In this document: positions 1 through 11,207 of the stretch, in pieces | How positions within the stretch are numbered: the stretch's first letter is position 1 | Layout: the number at the start of each line of letters is the position of its first letter | NCBI GenBank assembly: GCA_027296205.1 | Contig: JAPUJM010000109.1 | Span: 1 to 34,548 of the forward strand | DNA: 34,548 bases | Direction: 5' to 3' | Source of the DNA: Actinomycetota bacterium | Lineage (GTDB): Bacteria; Actinomycetota; Acidimicrobiia; Spongiisociales; ZC4RG35 | The notes under the pieces: generated by a model | What the model saw: the letters and a program-made list of their open reading frames with translations, nothing else | The model's database searches: none | What the model was told of the DNA's origin: nothing | Position numbers and translations under genes: made by a program

Positions 1-254
1 ATCTTCCGGGCGGTGGCCAATGTCGCAAATCGCTCGAGGTGCGCGTAGGCATCGGGATGGCTGTACAGACGCCAGCCCCCGGCCACTGGGCGCAGCACCA
101 ACCCGGAGCCACGTGCTTCCATCTCCTCACCAAGCTGTCCCAGGAGATCCTCCACGTGCCGTGTCGAGACTTCGAGCACTTCCGCCAGCTCACTCGCCGG
201 CACCGGCGACTCGGTCACGAACAGGACGGCTTCGAGGGCGGCAAGCTCGTTCAT
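1..254 (-). CDS. scpB: Segregation and condensation protein B (ScpB), N-terminal part only; the gene runs off the window edge
   Basis: Minus-strand translation from the ATG at 254 gives MNELAALEAVLFVTESPVPASELAEVLEVSTRHVEDLLGQLGEEMEARGSGLVLRPVAGGWRLYSHP..., a typical ScpB N-terminal winged helix. ATGA start/stop overlap with scpA (251-254). Absent from the ORF track because there is no stop inside the window. Confidence 0.85.
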   Translation of the reverse strand, partial: MNELAALEAVLFVTESPVPASELAEVLEVSTRHVEDLLGQLGEEMEARGSGLVLRPVAGGWRLYSHPDAYAHLERFATLATARK

Positions 255-1012
255 GATGTCCACTCTGAGGTCAGGTCGACGATGCCATCGTCGCGATGAC
301 GAACCTCGATCGACGACAGCCAATCATCCTGGGCCACTTCGATCAGGCCCCATCGGGCCATCTCGAGGAGGGCCAGGAAGTACGCAGCGACCTCGATCGG
401 GTGGCCGCAGTCCTCGATCAGGTCCTCGAAGCTGGCAGTGGTGACCGCCTCGATGCGATGACGCAGGTCTGCTATCGCCGAGTCGACATTTGGCAGGTCG
501 AGATCGAGGTGATCGAGATCGGGTTCCTGTGATTGCCTCATGAAGACCTTGGCCGCGAGAACAGCCAGCCCTGGGGCATCGATGGGCAGGGTCACCTCGG
601 GCAAAGGCGCCTGGACATCCTGGTCCAAACCGGAGACTCGGGGAACGTAGCGATTTCCGTCCTGAAGCCTTCGCCGCAGGACGGCGGCGACATCCTTGAA
701 TGTGACACACACCAGCAGCTGCGAGAGAAGACGGTCACGCTCCTCAATGAGGGCCAACTCGTCGTCGAGCTCGACGTCGCCCGAGGTCGGGAGCAGAGAA
801 TGGGCTTTCAACTGGATCAGGGTGGATGCGATGAGGAGAAACTCAGAGGTCACCTCGATGTCCATCTCTCGCATCTCGTCGAGAAAAGAGAGGTACTCCC
901 CCACCACCTCGGTGAGTCCGACGGCTGCTATCTCCACCTGGTGCTTCGTTATCAGTTGAAGAAGCAGATCGAGGGGCCCTTGAAAGACAGTTGTCTTGAC
1001 GTGGAATGTCAT
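251..1012 (-). CDS. scpA: Segregation and condensation protein A (ScpA, kleisin)
   Basis: 253-aa ORF. The N-terminus ...FQGPLDLLLQLITKHQVEI... is the ScpA signature. scpB follows immediately. Confidence 0.9.
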   Translation of the reverse strand: MTFHVKTTVFQGPLDLLLQLITKHQVEIAAVGLTEVVGEYLSFLDEMREMDIEVTSEFLLIASTLIQLKAHSLLPTSGDVELDDELALIEERDRLLSQLLVCVTFKDVAAVLRRRLQDGNRYVPRVSGLDQDVQAPLPEVTLPIDAPGLAVLAAKVFMRQSQEPDLDHLDLDLPNVDSAIADLRHRIEAVTTASFEDLIEDCGHPIEVAAYFLALLEMARWGLIEVAQDDWLSSIEVRHRDDGIVDLTSEWTS

Positions 1013-1029
1013 TGCGGGTTCGAGATTAT

Positions 1030-1536
1030 TCAGAAATCAGCCCTGGTTCCGGCCTTTGGCGCCTGATCGGCCGCGACGAGGGTCTTCCAAAGGTTGCTTT
1101 CAATGGTCTGAGGCCTCTCGCCCTGATGATGAAGCGCGTATTCGATGGCGAGTGATGGTGCTTGCAACTCGACGAGCTCCCGGGCCCCGTTTCTTCCGTG
1201 GTCCCGGTACAGGACCATTCGCTCGGTGAGTGGAAGCCCGAGAACGATCATGACAGAAGCGACGGATCGACCGATCACCCCGAGGTGGGCATGACGTTTC
1301 CCGACGTCGTGCATCAACGCCGCTGTTATGACCTCTCCATCGTCGTGCCCATCCGAGATGACACTCAGAGCGGCGTGATAGCCGTGACGCTGATCCGCAT
1401 CCATTTGCTCGAAGAACACCTCAGCCAGCTCAGGGGCAAGCCACGAGGCAACGGTGGCCCGCTCGGAGATCGAGAGTGGCTTCGAGGTGAGGACATCGAA
1501 GAACCGTCTGGTCAGGTGGCTCAGAGAGCCAGACAT
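1030..1536 (-). CDS. HD-domain metal-dependent phosphohydrolase
   Basis: 168-aa ORF with QRHGYH ... LMHDVGK ... (H..HD motif pattern). Confidence 0.7.
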   Translation of the reverse strand: MSGSLSHLTRRFFDVLTSKPLSISERATVASWLAPELAEVFFEQMDADQRHGYHAALSVISDGHDDGEVITAALMHDVGKRHAHLGVIGRSVASVMIVLGLPLTERMVLYRDHGRNGARELVELQAPSLAIEYALHHQGERPQTIESNLWKTLVAADQAPKAGTRADF

Positions 1537-1539
1537 GGG

Positions 1540-1893
1540 TCAGGAATTCGCCTGGGACTTGCAATCGACGCAGAGCACGGACGCCGGTCGGAACTTCATC
1601 CGGTCGGCTCCGATCTCTTTGCCACAGTTATCGCAGGTGCCGTAGGTCCCCGCGGCAATATGGGCCAAAGCCCTGTCGACATCGTCCAACTGGTGCTTCA
1701 GCGAGTCAACCACTCCCAGCACCTCGGTTCGCTCGGCTGTCACCGCCGCCGCGTCGGCGAAGCTCTCCCCGAAATCGAGGTCGGCCTTGAGATCCCCCGA
1801 TTCGGCCGCACCAAGCTCATCCAATTGGTGAACCAGATTCGCTCGCTCTTCTTTGAGCGTCTTCTCTGCGGTTGCGATATCGAGCGCCATCAC
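1540..1893 (-). CDS. DksA/TraR-family C4 zinc-finger protein
   Basis: 117-aa ORF with a coiled-coil N-terminal part and a C-terminal CDNCGKEI...CVDC four-Cys finger. ATGA overlap with the xerD stop (1890-1893). Confidence 0.8.
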   Translation of the reverse strand: MMALDIATAEKTLKEERANLVHQLDELGAAESGDLKADLDFGESFADAAAVTAERTEVLGVVDSLKHQLDDVDRALAHIAAGTYGTCDNCGKEIGADRMKFRPASVLCVDCKSQANS

Positions 1894-2765
1894 CGACTCC
1901 TCGGGTGTGCCTGGACGTAGATCTCCATCACGTGGGCGGGACTTACCCTCGTGTAGACCTGGGTTGTGCTAATCGTAGCGTGCCCCAACATCTCTTGAAC
2001 AGTTCTGAGGTCTGCTCCCGCCTCGACCATATGGGTCGCTGCGGAATGCCGCAACACGTGGGGCGACACTCGTCGCTGTTCGATTCCCGCCCTGGCGGCA
2101 TGTTTCTTGACCACGTCAAACGCCCCCTGTCGAGAGAGCCTGCCTCCCCTCATGTTGAGAAATACCGGATCGCCGGGCTCCGAGACCCTGATTATCGTCA
2201 AACGGTCCGGCAGCCATCGCGCCATGGCGTCGACGGCCTTGGCGCCAAGGGGCACCAGACGCTGTCTGGCGCCCTTTCCGGTTACCAGGACGATTCTGTC
2301 GGTGAGGTCGAGATCACCCAGGTCCAGGCCGACTGCTTCCGACACCCGCGCTCCCGATGCGTAGAGGAACTCCAAGAGGGCAGAGTCACGGCGAGCACCG
2401 GGAGTCTCGGAGCCCGGAGCCTCGACCAGGGCGACAGCCTCCTCGATGGTGACGGCTTTGGGAAATGGGTCGGGGCGACGTGGGGTCTGGAGGAGACTCG
2501 TCGGATCGGATTCTCTCAACTCCTCGATCAGTAGAAATCGATGTAAACCCCTGATCGCGGCGATCTTTCTGCCGATGGTCGCGTTGGCCAGGTGGTTCTG
2601 TCTCAAATGGCTCACGAACTGTTCGACCAACTCATCGGTGGGCTCGCTGCCATCCAGGAAAGCCATGTATTGATCGAGGTCCCGCTGGTATGCGATCAGC
2701 GTGTTCTTCGCCAGGCCCTTCTCGACCCGAAGCGAGATCAGGTACTCCTCGATGCACTCGGACAT
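1890..2765 (-). CDS. xerD: Site-specific tyrosine recombinase XerD
   Basis: The ORF extends to 2855, but homology-like sequence starts at MSECIEEYLISLRVEKGLAKNTLIAYQRDL (ATG at 2765). This also removes the overlap with ald. The C-terminal part has the catalytic R..HxLRH..Y pattern (LRHSAATHMVEAGADLRTVQEMLGHATISTTQVYT). Confidence 0.9.
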   Translation of the reverse strand: MSECIEEYLISLRVEKGLAKNTLIAYQRDLDQYMAFLDGSEPTDELVEQFVSHLRQNHLANATIGRKIAAIRGLHRFLLIEELRESDPTSLLQTPRRPDPFPKAVTIEEAVALVEAPGSETPGARRDSALLEFLYASGARVSEAVGLDLGDLDLTDRIVLVTGKGARQRLVPLGAKAVDAMARWLPDRLTIIRVSEPGDPVFLNMRGGRLSRQGAFDVVKKHAARAGIEQRRVSPHVLRHSAATHMVEAGADLRTVQEMLGHATISTTQVYTRVSPAHVMEIYVQAHPRSR

Positions 2766-2782
2766 CGAGAGGTGAGCCGAGC

Positions 2783-3904
2783 TCACACTCCGGCGAGGGC
2801 CTCGGCCGCAGGGACGTGATCCACACCGAGACTCTCGGCGACGGCGCCGTGACACACGCTTTCGCCGACGATGTTCACTCCCGACTCCAGTTCCGGGTGG
2901 GCGCTCACGGCGTGACGCACTCCTTCGTCGGCCAGGGCTACCGCATAGCGCATGGTGGCGTTGGTCAACGCATAGGTTGACGTGTGGGGCACCGCACCAG
3001 GAATGTTCCCTACCGCGTAGTGCAGAACCTCGTGAACCGTGTAGACGGGATCGTTATGGGTCGTCTCCTCAGAAGTCTCGAAACAGCCCCCCTGGTCGAT
3101 CGCAACGTCGACGAGCACCGCGCCCCGCTTCATCGATCGCACCATTTCCTCGGTGACGAGCTTGGGTGCGGCGGCACCGGGGACCAGAACCGTCCCGATG
3201 ACGAGGTCCGCCGCGAGGACCTGATCCTCCAGGGTCAGCCTGTTGGAGTGCAGAGTGACGATCCGTCCCTGGTAGAGAGAGTCCAGCGACCGAAGCTTGC
3301 TGATGTCGTTGTCGAGAACAATCACATCGGCCTGCATCCCCATGGCGATCACCGCGGCATTCGACCCGGCCATTCCACCACCGATCACGACAACCCTGGC
3401 AGGACTCACACCAGCGACGCCTCCCAGGAGAATTCCCCTCCCACCCTGCGCCTTGGTGAGGAAGTAGGCACCTGCCTGTGTGGCCATGCGACCCGCAATC
3501 TCAGACATGGGCGCCAGTAGGGGCAGCGACCGATCCGACATCTGGACGGTCTCATAGGCGATTCCGATGATCCCCTTCTTTGCCAGACCTGCGGCCAAAT
3601 CCGGGTAGGCGGCGAGGTGAAGATAGGTGAAGAGAATCTGACCCTCCCGGAACATCTCAACCTCGGACGCCTGGGGCTCTTTCACCTTGAGGATCATGTC
3701 GGCGCCACCGAACACCGCCTCGGCGTTGGGGACGATGGTGGCTCCTTGCGCCTCGAATTCGTCGTTGTGAATGGTGGAGCCTTCGCCGGCGTCCTTCTCT
3801 ATGAGCACCTCGTGGCCACGCTCGGTCAACTCGCGTACGCCAACAGGTGTGATGGCCACGCGATCTTCAGCGGTTTTGATCTCTTTCGGTACGCCGACGA
3901 TCAC
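2783..3904 (-). CDS. ald: L-alanine dehydrogenase
   Basis: 373 aa, MIVGVPKEIKTAEDRVAITP..., Rossmann motif VVVIGGGMAGSNAA. GTG start preceded by GAGGAGG. Confidence 0.9.
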   Translation of the reverse strand: MIVGVPKEIKTAEDRVAITPVGVRELTERGHEVLIEKDAGEGSTIHNDEFEAQGATIVPNAEAVFGGADMILKVKEPQASEVEMFREGQILFTYLHLAAYPDLAAGLAKKGIIGIAYETVQMSDRSLPLLAPMSEIAGRMATQAGAYFLTKAQGGRGILLGGVAGVSPARVVVIGGGMAGSNAAVIAMGMQADVIVLDNDISKLRSLDSLYQGRIVTLHSNRLTLEDQVLAADLVIGTVLVPGAAAPKLVTEEMVRSMKRGAVLVDVAIDQGGCFETSEETTHNDPVYTVHEVLHYAVGNIPGAVPHTSTYALTNATMRYAVALADEGVRHAVSAHPELESGVNIVGESVCHGAVAESLGVDHVPAAEALAGV

Positions 3905-3970
3905 AGACGAATCCTCCTCAAAAGGCGGGTAACGGTCCCAACAAGGCTAGACCCCGCGAAATGCCGCCCG

Positions 3971-5686
<1,716 letters not shown>

Positions 5687-5724
5687 TCACAGTAGCACCG
5701 TGGTCTCACGATGCCACCCATTGG

Positions 5725-7317
5725 TCAGTCCGATGCTGTCGCGAGGAGTTCGGCCGCCGCCTGGTGCCCCGCTTTGCTCTCCGGCAACCCGGCGAGCATG
5801 CGGGAGATTTCTCGCAACCTGGTATCGCCGTCAACGGTGTAAACCCTTGCGGAGCCGCGTTGGCGCTCCACCACGTAGTGGACATCGGCGTACGCGGCGA
5901 CCTGAGGGAGATGGGTAACGCACAGAACCTGGTTGCCCTCGGCGAGGTCGGCCAGTTTTCGCCCGAGCGCAAGAGCGGTCGCTCCTCCAACTCCGGCGTC
6001 CACCTCGTCAAAGACCAGTGTGGCGGTTCCAGGTCTCCGAGTGGCCAGTCTGACCGCCAGAACCAGACGCGACAGTTCGCCGCCCGAAGCGACGGCGTGA
6101 ACCGGCCCTGGTTCCAGCCTCTCGTCAGAGCTGAACCAGAGTTCGATGCGATCGAGACCATTCGGCCCCGGTTCCGCAGATTCGATCCGGAACTCGAGGC
6201 TTGCCTCGCCGAGACCCATGTCCCCGAGATGAGAAGAAGCCTCTTTGGCGAGTCGCGATGCCGTGCGCAGTCGGGTATCCGTGAGGTTGGAGCCGGCCGA
6301 GGCGAGAGCCCCCCGAGCCTGGCTCAAGGCCGCCTCCAACTCCCCTGCGGTGGACAGGAGGGAGTCGAGTTGGTCGGCCCTCTCCCTTGCCTGCTCACCA
6401 AAATCGATCACATCGCCGAGAGTCCTCCCATACTTGCGTTTCAGATCTCCTATAGCGGTGAGACGATCTTCGACTTGGTTGAGAAGGCTCGGATCGGTAT
6501 CGAGATCGTCGGCCGCTCGGCGTACTTCTCGTCCCAGTTCGGCGATGTCTGCCGCCGCGGCGTCAACTTCCTCTGTCAGCGATGCCAGCCCCGGGTCTAG
6601 GTTGCTGACTTTGCGAATCCTGGAGACGGCCTCGCCACCGTCCTCCGTCATCCGGTCGATCGCTCGAAGCGTCTCGGCCAGGTGCTCCCCGATTTCTTCG
6701 ACGTTTCGAAGCCGGAGTGCCTTGGCCTCCAGTTGCTCGTCCTCGTCGGGCTCGAGAGCGGCGCCCGCGATTTCAGAGGCCTGGAATCTCACCAGATCGA
6801 GTTCACGACGAAGAGCCATCTCGTCCCCGCCCAGCATGCTCAGGCGATCCTCTGCATCCTTCAGGTCATCCCACGCCGACTTGTAGGCCTCAGAAGTCAA
6901 TCGACCATCCTCATCCAGCGCCGAGTCGACCAGGGAAAGCAGGTGCGATGGGCGCTTCAGCGAGAGCCGATCGTGCTGTCCCACGATCTCGACGAGGGCA
7001 CCGACTCGGTCCGAGAGGGTTCTAGCTGAAACGACCGAGCCCTCGAGATGGGCCCTGCTGTTCCCTTCCCGTGGCACTACTCGGGTAACCCCTAGCTCCT
7101 TGGCACCACTTCTGAACAGACCGTCGGCCTGGGCCCGATCGGCCTTCGGCCCCACCGCCGCCGGGTCGGACTTCTCACCCAGAATGAGACGCAGCCCCCC
7201 GAGCAGCAGGGTCTTGCCGGCACCCGTTTCACCCGTGATAACGGTGAGTCGGGTCGAGGGCTCGATGGTGGCTTCCTCGAGCAACCCGAGATTGTGGACC
7301 CGTAAATGCTCGAGCAC
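5725..7317 (-). CDS. recN: DNA repair protein RecN
   Basis: 530 aa. MLEHLRVHNLGLLEEA..., Walker A GETGAGKT, long coiled-coil middle, C-terminal SGGELSR signature. The GTG start overlaps the nadK TAG stop by 1 nt. Confidence 0.9.
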   Translation of the reverse strand: MLEHLRVHNLGLLEEATIEPSTRLTVITGETGAGKTLLLGGLRLILGEKSDPAAVGPKADRAQADGLFRSGAKELGVTRVVPREGNSRAHLEGSVVSARTLSDRVGALVEIVGQHDRLSLKRPSHLLSLVDSALDEDGRLTSEAYKSAWDDLKDAEDRLSMLGGDEMALRRELDLVRFQASEIAGAALEPDEDEQLEAKALRLRNVEEIGEHLAETLRAIDRMTEDGGEAVSRIRKVSNLDPGLASLTEEVDAAAADIAELGREVRRAADDLDTDPSLLNQVEDRLTAIGDLKRKYGRTLGDVIDFGEQARERADQLDSLLSTAGELEAALSQARGALASAGSNLTDTRLRTASRLAKEASSHLGDMGLGEASLEFRIESAEPGPNGLDRIELWFSSDERLEPGPVHAVASGGELSRLVLAVRLATRRPGTATLVFDEVDAGVGGATALALGRKLADLAEGNQVLCVTHLPQVAAYADVHYVVERQRGSARVYTVDGDTRLREISRMLAGLPESKAGHQAAAELLATASD

Positions 7318-8093
7318 TACTTCAGCCCGAACTTGTCCTTGACCAGGCCGGAGAATGTCCGGCCGCCCAAGGACACAAAGCGGGCTGGCCGGTCGCCCTT
7401 GCTGATGGTGACGGTCTCGTGCTCTTCGAGCCGACCAAGGTCGGTCTTGTCAACGTTGACCTTCACCGGCCGATCGCGGCTAACGGTCACTTCGATGGAT
7501 GTGGTGTCCGGGAGCACCAGCGGACGGTCAAAGAGGGAGTGCGTGGATATCGGGGTCATGACAAGTGCATCAACACGATGATCCACCAACGGTCCTCCGG
7601 CCGAGAACGAGTAGGCGGTGGACCCGGTTGGGGTAGCAACGATCAAACCATCGGCTCGATATGTGATAAACGCCTCGCCGTCAATGACTACGTCGAGACT
7701 CACCAGTCTTGTGGTGTCGATCTTCTCCACGACCACATCGTTGACCCCCAGGGCTGTCACCCCACCGATGGTCGCAGCGACCGTGGTCCTCTCGTCGATG
7801 TCGTAGTCCCCGGCGATCAGTCGTCGCACTGTCGGCTCTAAATCAGGAGGCTCGGCCTCGGCAAGGAAACCGAGTGTCCCGAGGTTGAAGCCGATAACCG
7901 GAACGTCCCAAATGAGCGAACGACGCACGGCGCCCAGCATCGTGCCATCGCCGCCCACTCCCACGACGATGTCGGGTGGGGTCTTGTCGTCTGTGATCAC
8001 CGATCCACCCAGTAGCTGGATCTGGGCTGAGAGTGCCTCGGCGAATTCCCCCGCGGACTCGCGTCCCTGTCGCACTTCGAGTGCAAACTTCAA
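7317..8093 (-). CDS. nadK: NAD+ kinase
   Basis: 258 aa with GGDGTML motif. TTG start preceded by GAGGTG. Sits upstream of recN, as in mycobacteria. Confidence 0.9.
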   Translation of the reverse strand: MKFALEVRQGRESAGEFAEALSAQIQLLGGSVITDDKTPPDIVVGVGGDGTMLGAVRRSLIWDVPVIGFNLGTLGFLAEAEPPDLEPTVRRLIAGDYDIDERTTVAATIGGVTALGVNDVVVEKIDTTRLVSLDVVIDGEAFITYRADGLIVATPTGSTAYSFSAGGPLVDHRVDALVMTPISTHSLFDRPLVLPDTTSIEVTVSRDRPVKVNVDKTDLGRLEEHETVTISKGDRPARFVSLGGRTFSGLVKDKFGLK

Positions 8094-8102
8094 CCGGACA
8101 CC

Positions 8103-8246
8103 TCAGGTCGCCTCCAACTCGTCCAGGATTCGGCTCAGGAGATCGGCCAATTCCGCAGCCGGCCCGGGAAGAGAGGCAGGATCGAGCTGCTCGAGTTGCT
8201 GCAAGGCGTTCTCGAGTTCTTCGACTTGGGCGTCGGTGAGGTTCAT
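8103..8246 (-). CDS. Small acidic helical hypothetical protein (47 aa)
   Basis: The ORF 8103..8339 overlaps the upstream HAD gene. The internal ATG at 8246 (MNLTDAQVEELENALQQLEQL...) fits the gap between HAD (ends 8257) and nadK. No recognisable domain. Confidence 0.45.
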   Translation of the reverse strand: MNLTDAQVEELENALQQLEQLDPASLPGPAAELADLLSRILDELEAT

Positions 8247-8256
8247 GTGGCGTCGA

Positions 8257-9027
8257 TTATTGCCTGCTGGCACGCGATAACACCAGATCCACGGCTGATT
8301 CGAAGTCAGGCACGACGTGGTCGGCCGCCGAGACGTCATCGTCGCTGGTGGTGGCTCCGGTCAGAACGAGAATGGAACTCCACTCGGGCTCCGCTGTTGC
8401 CATCGCAACGTCGGTATCCATTCGATCGCCGATCACCCATGCCTCGTCGATGCCGCGCGATTTGACCAGGTCCCTCATGGCCTGGTGCGGCTTGCCTGCA
8501 ACCTCTGGGACCCGCCCGGCCGCGGTCGCAATCGCAGCTACGAGGGAACCGGCGCCGGGGAGGAATCCTGTGGCGGTCGGCAACGTCGGATCAGTGTTGG
8601 TTGCCAGGAATCTGGCACCCGAACGCACCGCCGCCGAAGCCCGTGCGATGTTGTCGTAGGTGACATTCCGATCCAAGCCCACGACCACCGAGCCGGCCTT
8701 CTCAGGGTCCTCGGTGATCTCGATACCGACGCGAGCCAGGGCATCGACGACACCCTTCTCCCCAACGACCATTGTCGGCTGGTCTTCGAGGGTCAGTAGC
8801 GAAGCCGCCGCCTGGGACGACGTAATAACCTGGGAAGGGTCGGTGGAAACGCCAGTCACGACTTCGATCTTGGATGCCACCTGAGCCGGTGTTCGTGTCG
8901 AGTTGTTTGTCAAATAGGTGATTCGAGCGTGAGTCTCCGTGAGCCGACGCAGGGCCTCGGGGGCACCCGGAACAGCCACATCCCCCCGATAGAGGACACC
9001 GTCGAGGTCACAGATGACTTCGATCAT
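8257..9027 (-). CDS. HAD-superfamily subfamily IIA hydrolase (NagD-like phosphatase)
   Basis: 256 aa. N-terminal DLDGVLY motif, a later TNNS motif and a C-terminal GDRMDTD motif. ATGA overlap with the M20 peptidase stop. Confidence 0.85.
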   Translation of the reverse strand: MIEVICDLDGVLYRGDVAVPGAPEALRRLTETHARITYLTNNSTRTPAQVASKIEVVTGVSTDPSQVITSSQAAASLLTLEDQPTMVVGEKGVVDALARVGIEITEDPEKAGSVVVGLDRNVTYDNIARASAAVRSGARFLATNTDPTLPTATGFLPGAGSLVAAIATAAGRVPEVAGKPHQAMRDLVKSRGIDEAWVIGDRMDTDVAMATAEPEWSSILVLTGATTSDDDVSAADHVVPDFESAVDLVLSRASRQ

Positions 9028-10349
9028 GGGCTGAAAAAGTGGTGGAGCACCCTTTCGTAGAGGGCTGTCGTGCGTTCCACCGACTCCACGGATACCCGCT
9101 CGTCGTGACCATGGAACAGCGCGAGCATCTCGGAGAAAGTCATCCGGTCGTCGAATAGCCCGACCCCATAGGCGACCGTTCCGTGAGGACGCCAGAACCG
9201 AGCGTCGGTGGCGACGTTCATCAATGTGGGCAAGAGGTTGCGATGGCCTTCGAGGTCTTCCACACTTGCCCCGATCGCATCCCAGAGGGGGTTCCCGACC
9301 GGGCTGATGGTCGACTCCATGTCGATGACCGATGCGATGTCGATGTCGTCGCGGGCGTTCCCCATTGCTTTGAACAGATAGGAGTCGACAAAGCTGCGAT
9401 CCATCCCGGGAAGCGCACGGATATCGACCGCCGCGGTGGCCCCGTCGGCAATGATATTCGCCTTCATGCCGGCGTCCAGCATGTTGGGTGAGACCGTCAG
9501 ATGGGTGACCGCGTGCACATACCGGGCGAACAGAGGATCGGTCACGGAGAGTCTGTCGATGGCCTCGTCTACCCGGTCGGGGTCGGTGAGAGCTTCTTTC
9601 ATGTCATCCTCCAATGCCAGGGCGTCCACGAAGCTCGCCCACTCCGGGCTGATCGACACAGGCGTCGCCGATTCAAAGATGCCGTGGAGGGCCTCGACCA
9701 TCTTTCGAAGGGCGTTGTCTGATCGATACGGCGCCGACCCGTGTCCCGGGGTCCCCGATGCCGTCAGAGTCGACCAGAAGGCCCCTTTCTCACCAATCGA
9801 CACAGGAATGATCGGCTCCGAAGCATAAGACAGCGGTGGGTATGCCACTTCGGTGAGTAAATAGTCGATGTGAACCAGGTCCCACCGTTGCTCGACGAGC
9901 GCCGAGGCCCCAAAACGTCCACCCCCTTCCTCATCGGCGGCTGCAATGAAGAGGAGATCGCCTCGTGGCTCGAGTTCGCCGGTCACGTACGGGCGAACCG
10001 CCAGCGCCATGGCGGCCGTGACGTTGAGCATGTCGACGGCCCCTCTGCCGAACACAAAGCCGTCGATTATCTCTGCGGCGAATGGCTCCTGCGTCCAACC
10101 GGCGGGGTCAACCGGCACAACGTCGAGGTGTGGCACCAGCGCCAGCGAGGGGGCGTCGGGCTCGGTCCCGCTGATCCTGTAGATCAGCGATTGACGTCCG
10201 GGTGCGGGCTCGAAGATCTCCCCTTCGACACCGAAGAACTCCAGCAGCGTCGCCACCGAGCGGTGCTCCTGGCCACTCTCCCTCGTTCCGTCGTTCACAC
10301 AGGTGTTTCGGATCAGGGTCTGCAGGAGTGAGATGACTGGTGAGCTCAT
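9024..10349 (-). CDS. M20-family metallopeptidase / dipeptidase
   Basis: The ORF extends to 10424. The likely start is the ATG at 10349 (MSSPVISLLQTLIRNTCVNDG), which makes an ATGA overlap with the Nudix stop. M20-like HLDVVP and AADEEGGG motifs. Confidence 0.8.
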   Translation of the reverse strand: MSSPVISLLQTLIRNTCVNDGTRESGQEHRSVATLLEFFGVEGEIFEPAPGRQSLIYRISGTEPDAPSLALVPHLDVVPVDPAGWTQEPFAAEIIDGFVFGRGAVDMLNVTAAMALAVRPYVTGELEPRGDLLFIAAADEEGGGRFGASALVEQRWDLVHIDYLLTEVAYPPLSYASEPIIPVSIGEKGAFWSTLTASGTPGHGSAPYRSDNALRKMVEALHGIFESATPVSISPEWASFVDALALEDDMKEALTDPDRVDEAIDRLSVTDPLFARYVHAVTHLTVSPNMLDAGMKANIIADGATAAVDIRALPGMDRSFVDSYLFKAMGNARDDIDIASVIDMESTISPVGNPLWDAIGASVEDLEGHRNLLPTLMNVATDARFWRPHGTVAYGVGLFDDRMTFSEMLALFHGHDERVSVESVERTTALYERVLHHFFSP

Positions 10350-10747
10350 TGCCTCAGCTTTTCTATCAGGTCTCGCATGGTTGGCGTCAGCGGGTAGGTG
10401 TCCACGGTGGCCAACTCCACCCATTCCGCCTCATCGGCATCGTCGGACGCTTCCAGTTCGCCGCCGGCCGCTTTCGCGTAGAAGTCGATCAGGACTATGT
10501 GATATGTGTCGGTGATGCGTTCCCCGACCCACGCGACGTCTCCAACGTCGACGTCCAAACCGGTCTCTTCGGCCGCTTCACGCCGTGCCGCAGCTTTCAG
10601 GGTCTCGCCGATGCGCACCTTCCCTCCGGGGACCGCCCAGAGCCCTTTTCCGGGCTCGTTTCCCCTCTTGATCAGGAGAAGGCGCCCCTCTTCGACCAGG
10701 ACCACACCAACCCCGACGAGAGGTGTCTCACTCACGGTTGTCGTCAT
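10346..10747 (-). CDS. NUDIX hydrolase
   Basis: 133 aa. Nudix box GGKVRIGETLKAAARREAAEETGL. Confidence 0.85.
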   Translation of the reverse strand: MTTTVSETPLVGVGVVLVEEGRLLLIKRGNEPGKGLWAVPGGKVRIGETLKAAARREAAEETGLDVDVGDVAWVGERITDTYHIVLIDFYAKAAGGELEASDDADEAEWVELATVDTYPLTPTMRDLIEKLRQ

Positions 10748-11207
10748 GATGCATCACGATCGACCTGGCGCTGAACCCGCCTGCCTCGAAGAAGTTCTTG
10801 GCGAGACGATGACCTGGGAGCACATGAGCGTCGAACTTGGTGATCCCCCTTTCACGCAGCATCTCCATGACCGCGTCTCTCATCTCTTCGCCCACGGCCA
10901 CCTCTCTAGCTTCATGATCCACGAAGATCAGACGTATCGCGCCGACCCTCTCGCCCTCCGCCTGCTCCAACAGGGGCTCTACTCGAGCCAACAGGAATCC
11001 GAAAGGCGTGTCATCGATGGTACCGATCATGACGATGACGTCGGGATGCTCGAGCGCTCCGGCGAAGGAACTCTCTATTGGTTCGGCGAGTCCGTCGGCC
11101 AACTGCCACATTCGGTGCAGACCGACCATCTCTTTCTCGAGCGATCGGTAAAGACCCACAAGGACGTCAATGTCCTCCAGCGATGCTTTCCTGGCGGCGA
11201 CTCTCAT
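10728..11207 (-). CDS. GNAT-family N-acetyltransferase
   Basis: The ORF extends to 11552 but overlaps the glycosyltransferase there. The ATG at 11207 (MRVAARKASLEDIDVLVGLY...) makes an ATGA overlap with that gene's stop. The C-terminal part (VAVGEEM...AKNFFEAGGF) is GNAT-like. Confidence 0.7.
   Translation of the reverse strand: MRVAARKASLEDIDVLVGLYRSLEKEMVGLHRMWQLADGLAEPIESSFAGALEHPDVIVMIGTIDDTPFGFLLARVEPLLEQAEGERVGAIRLIFVDHEAREVAVGEEMRDAVMEMLRERGITKFDAHVLPGHRLAKNFFEAGGFSARSIVMHHDDNRE

Noticed and set aside
5725-8200. Searched by eye for a LexA SOS box (TCGAAC-N4-GTTCGA type) and the PafBC/RecA-NDp motif (TGTCGGTG-N8-TAnnnT, from memory) near recN and elsewhere.
   Set aside because: I found only isolated half-sites, all inside coding regions: TGTCGGTG at about 10505 and 22323, and TCGAAC at several places. 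None had the second half at the right spacing or the right orientation, so no call is supportable.
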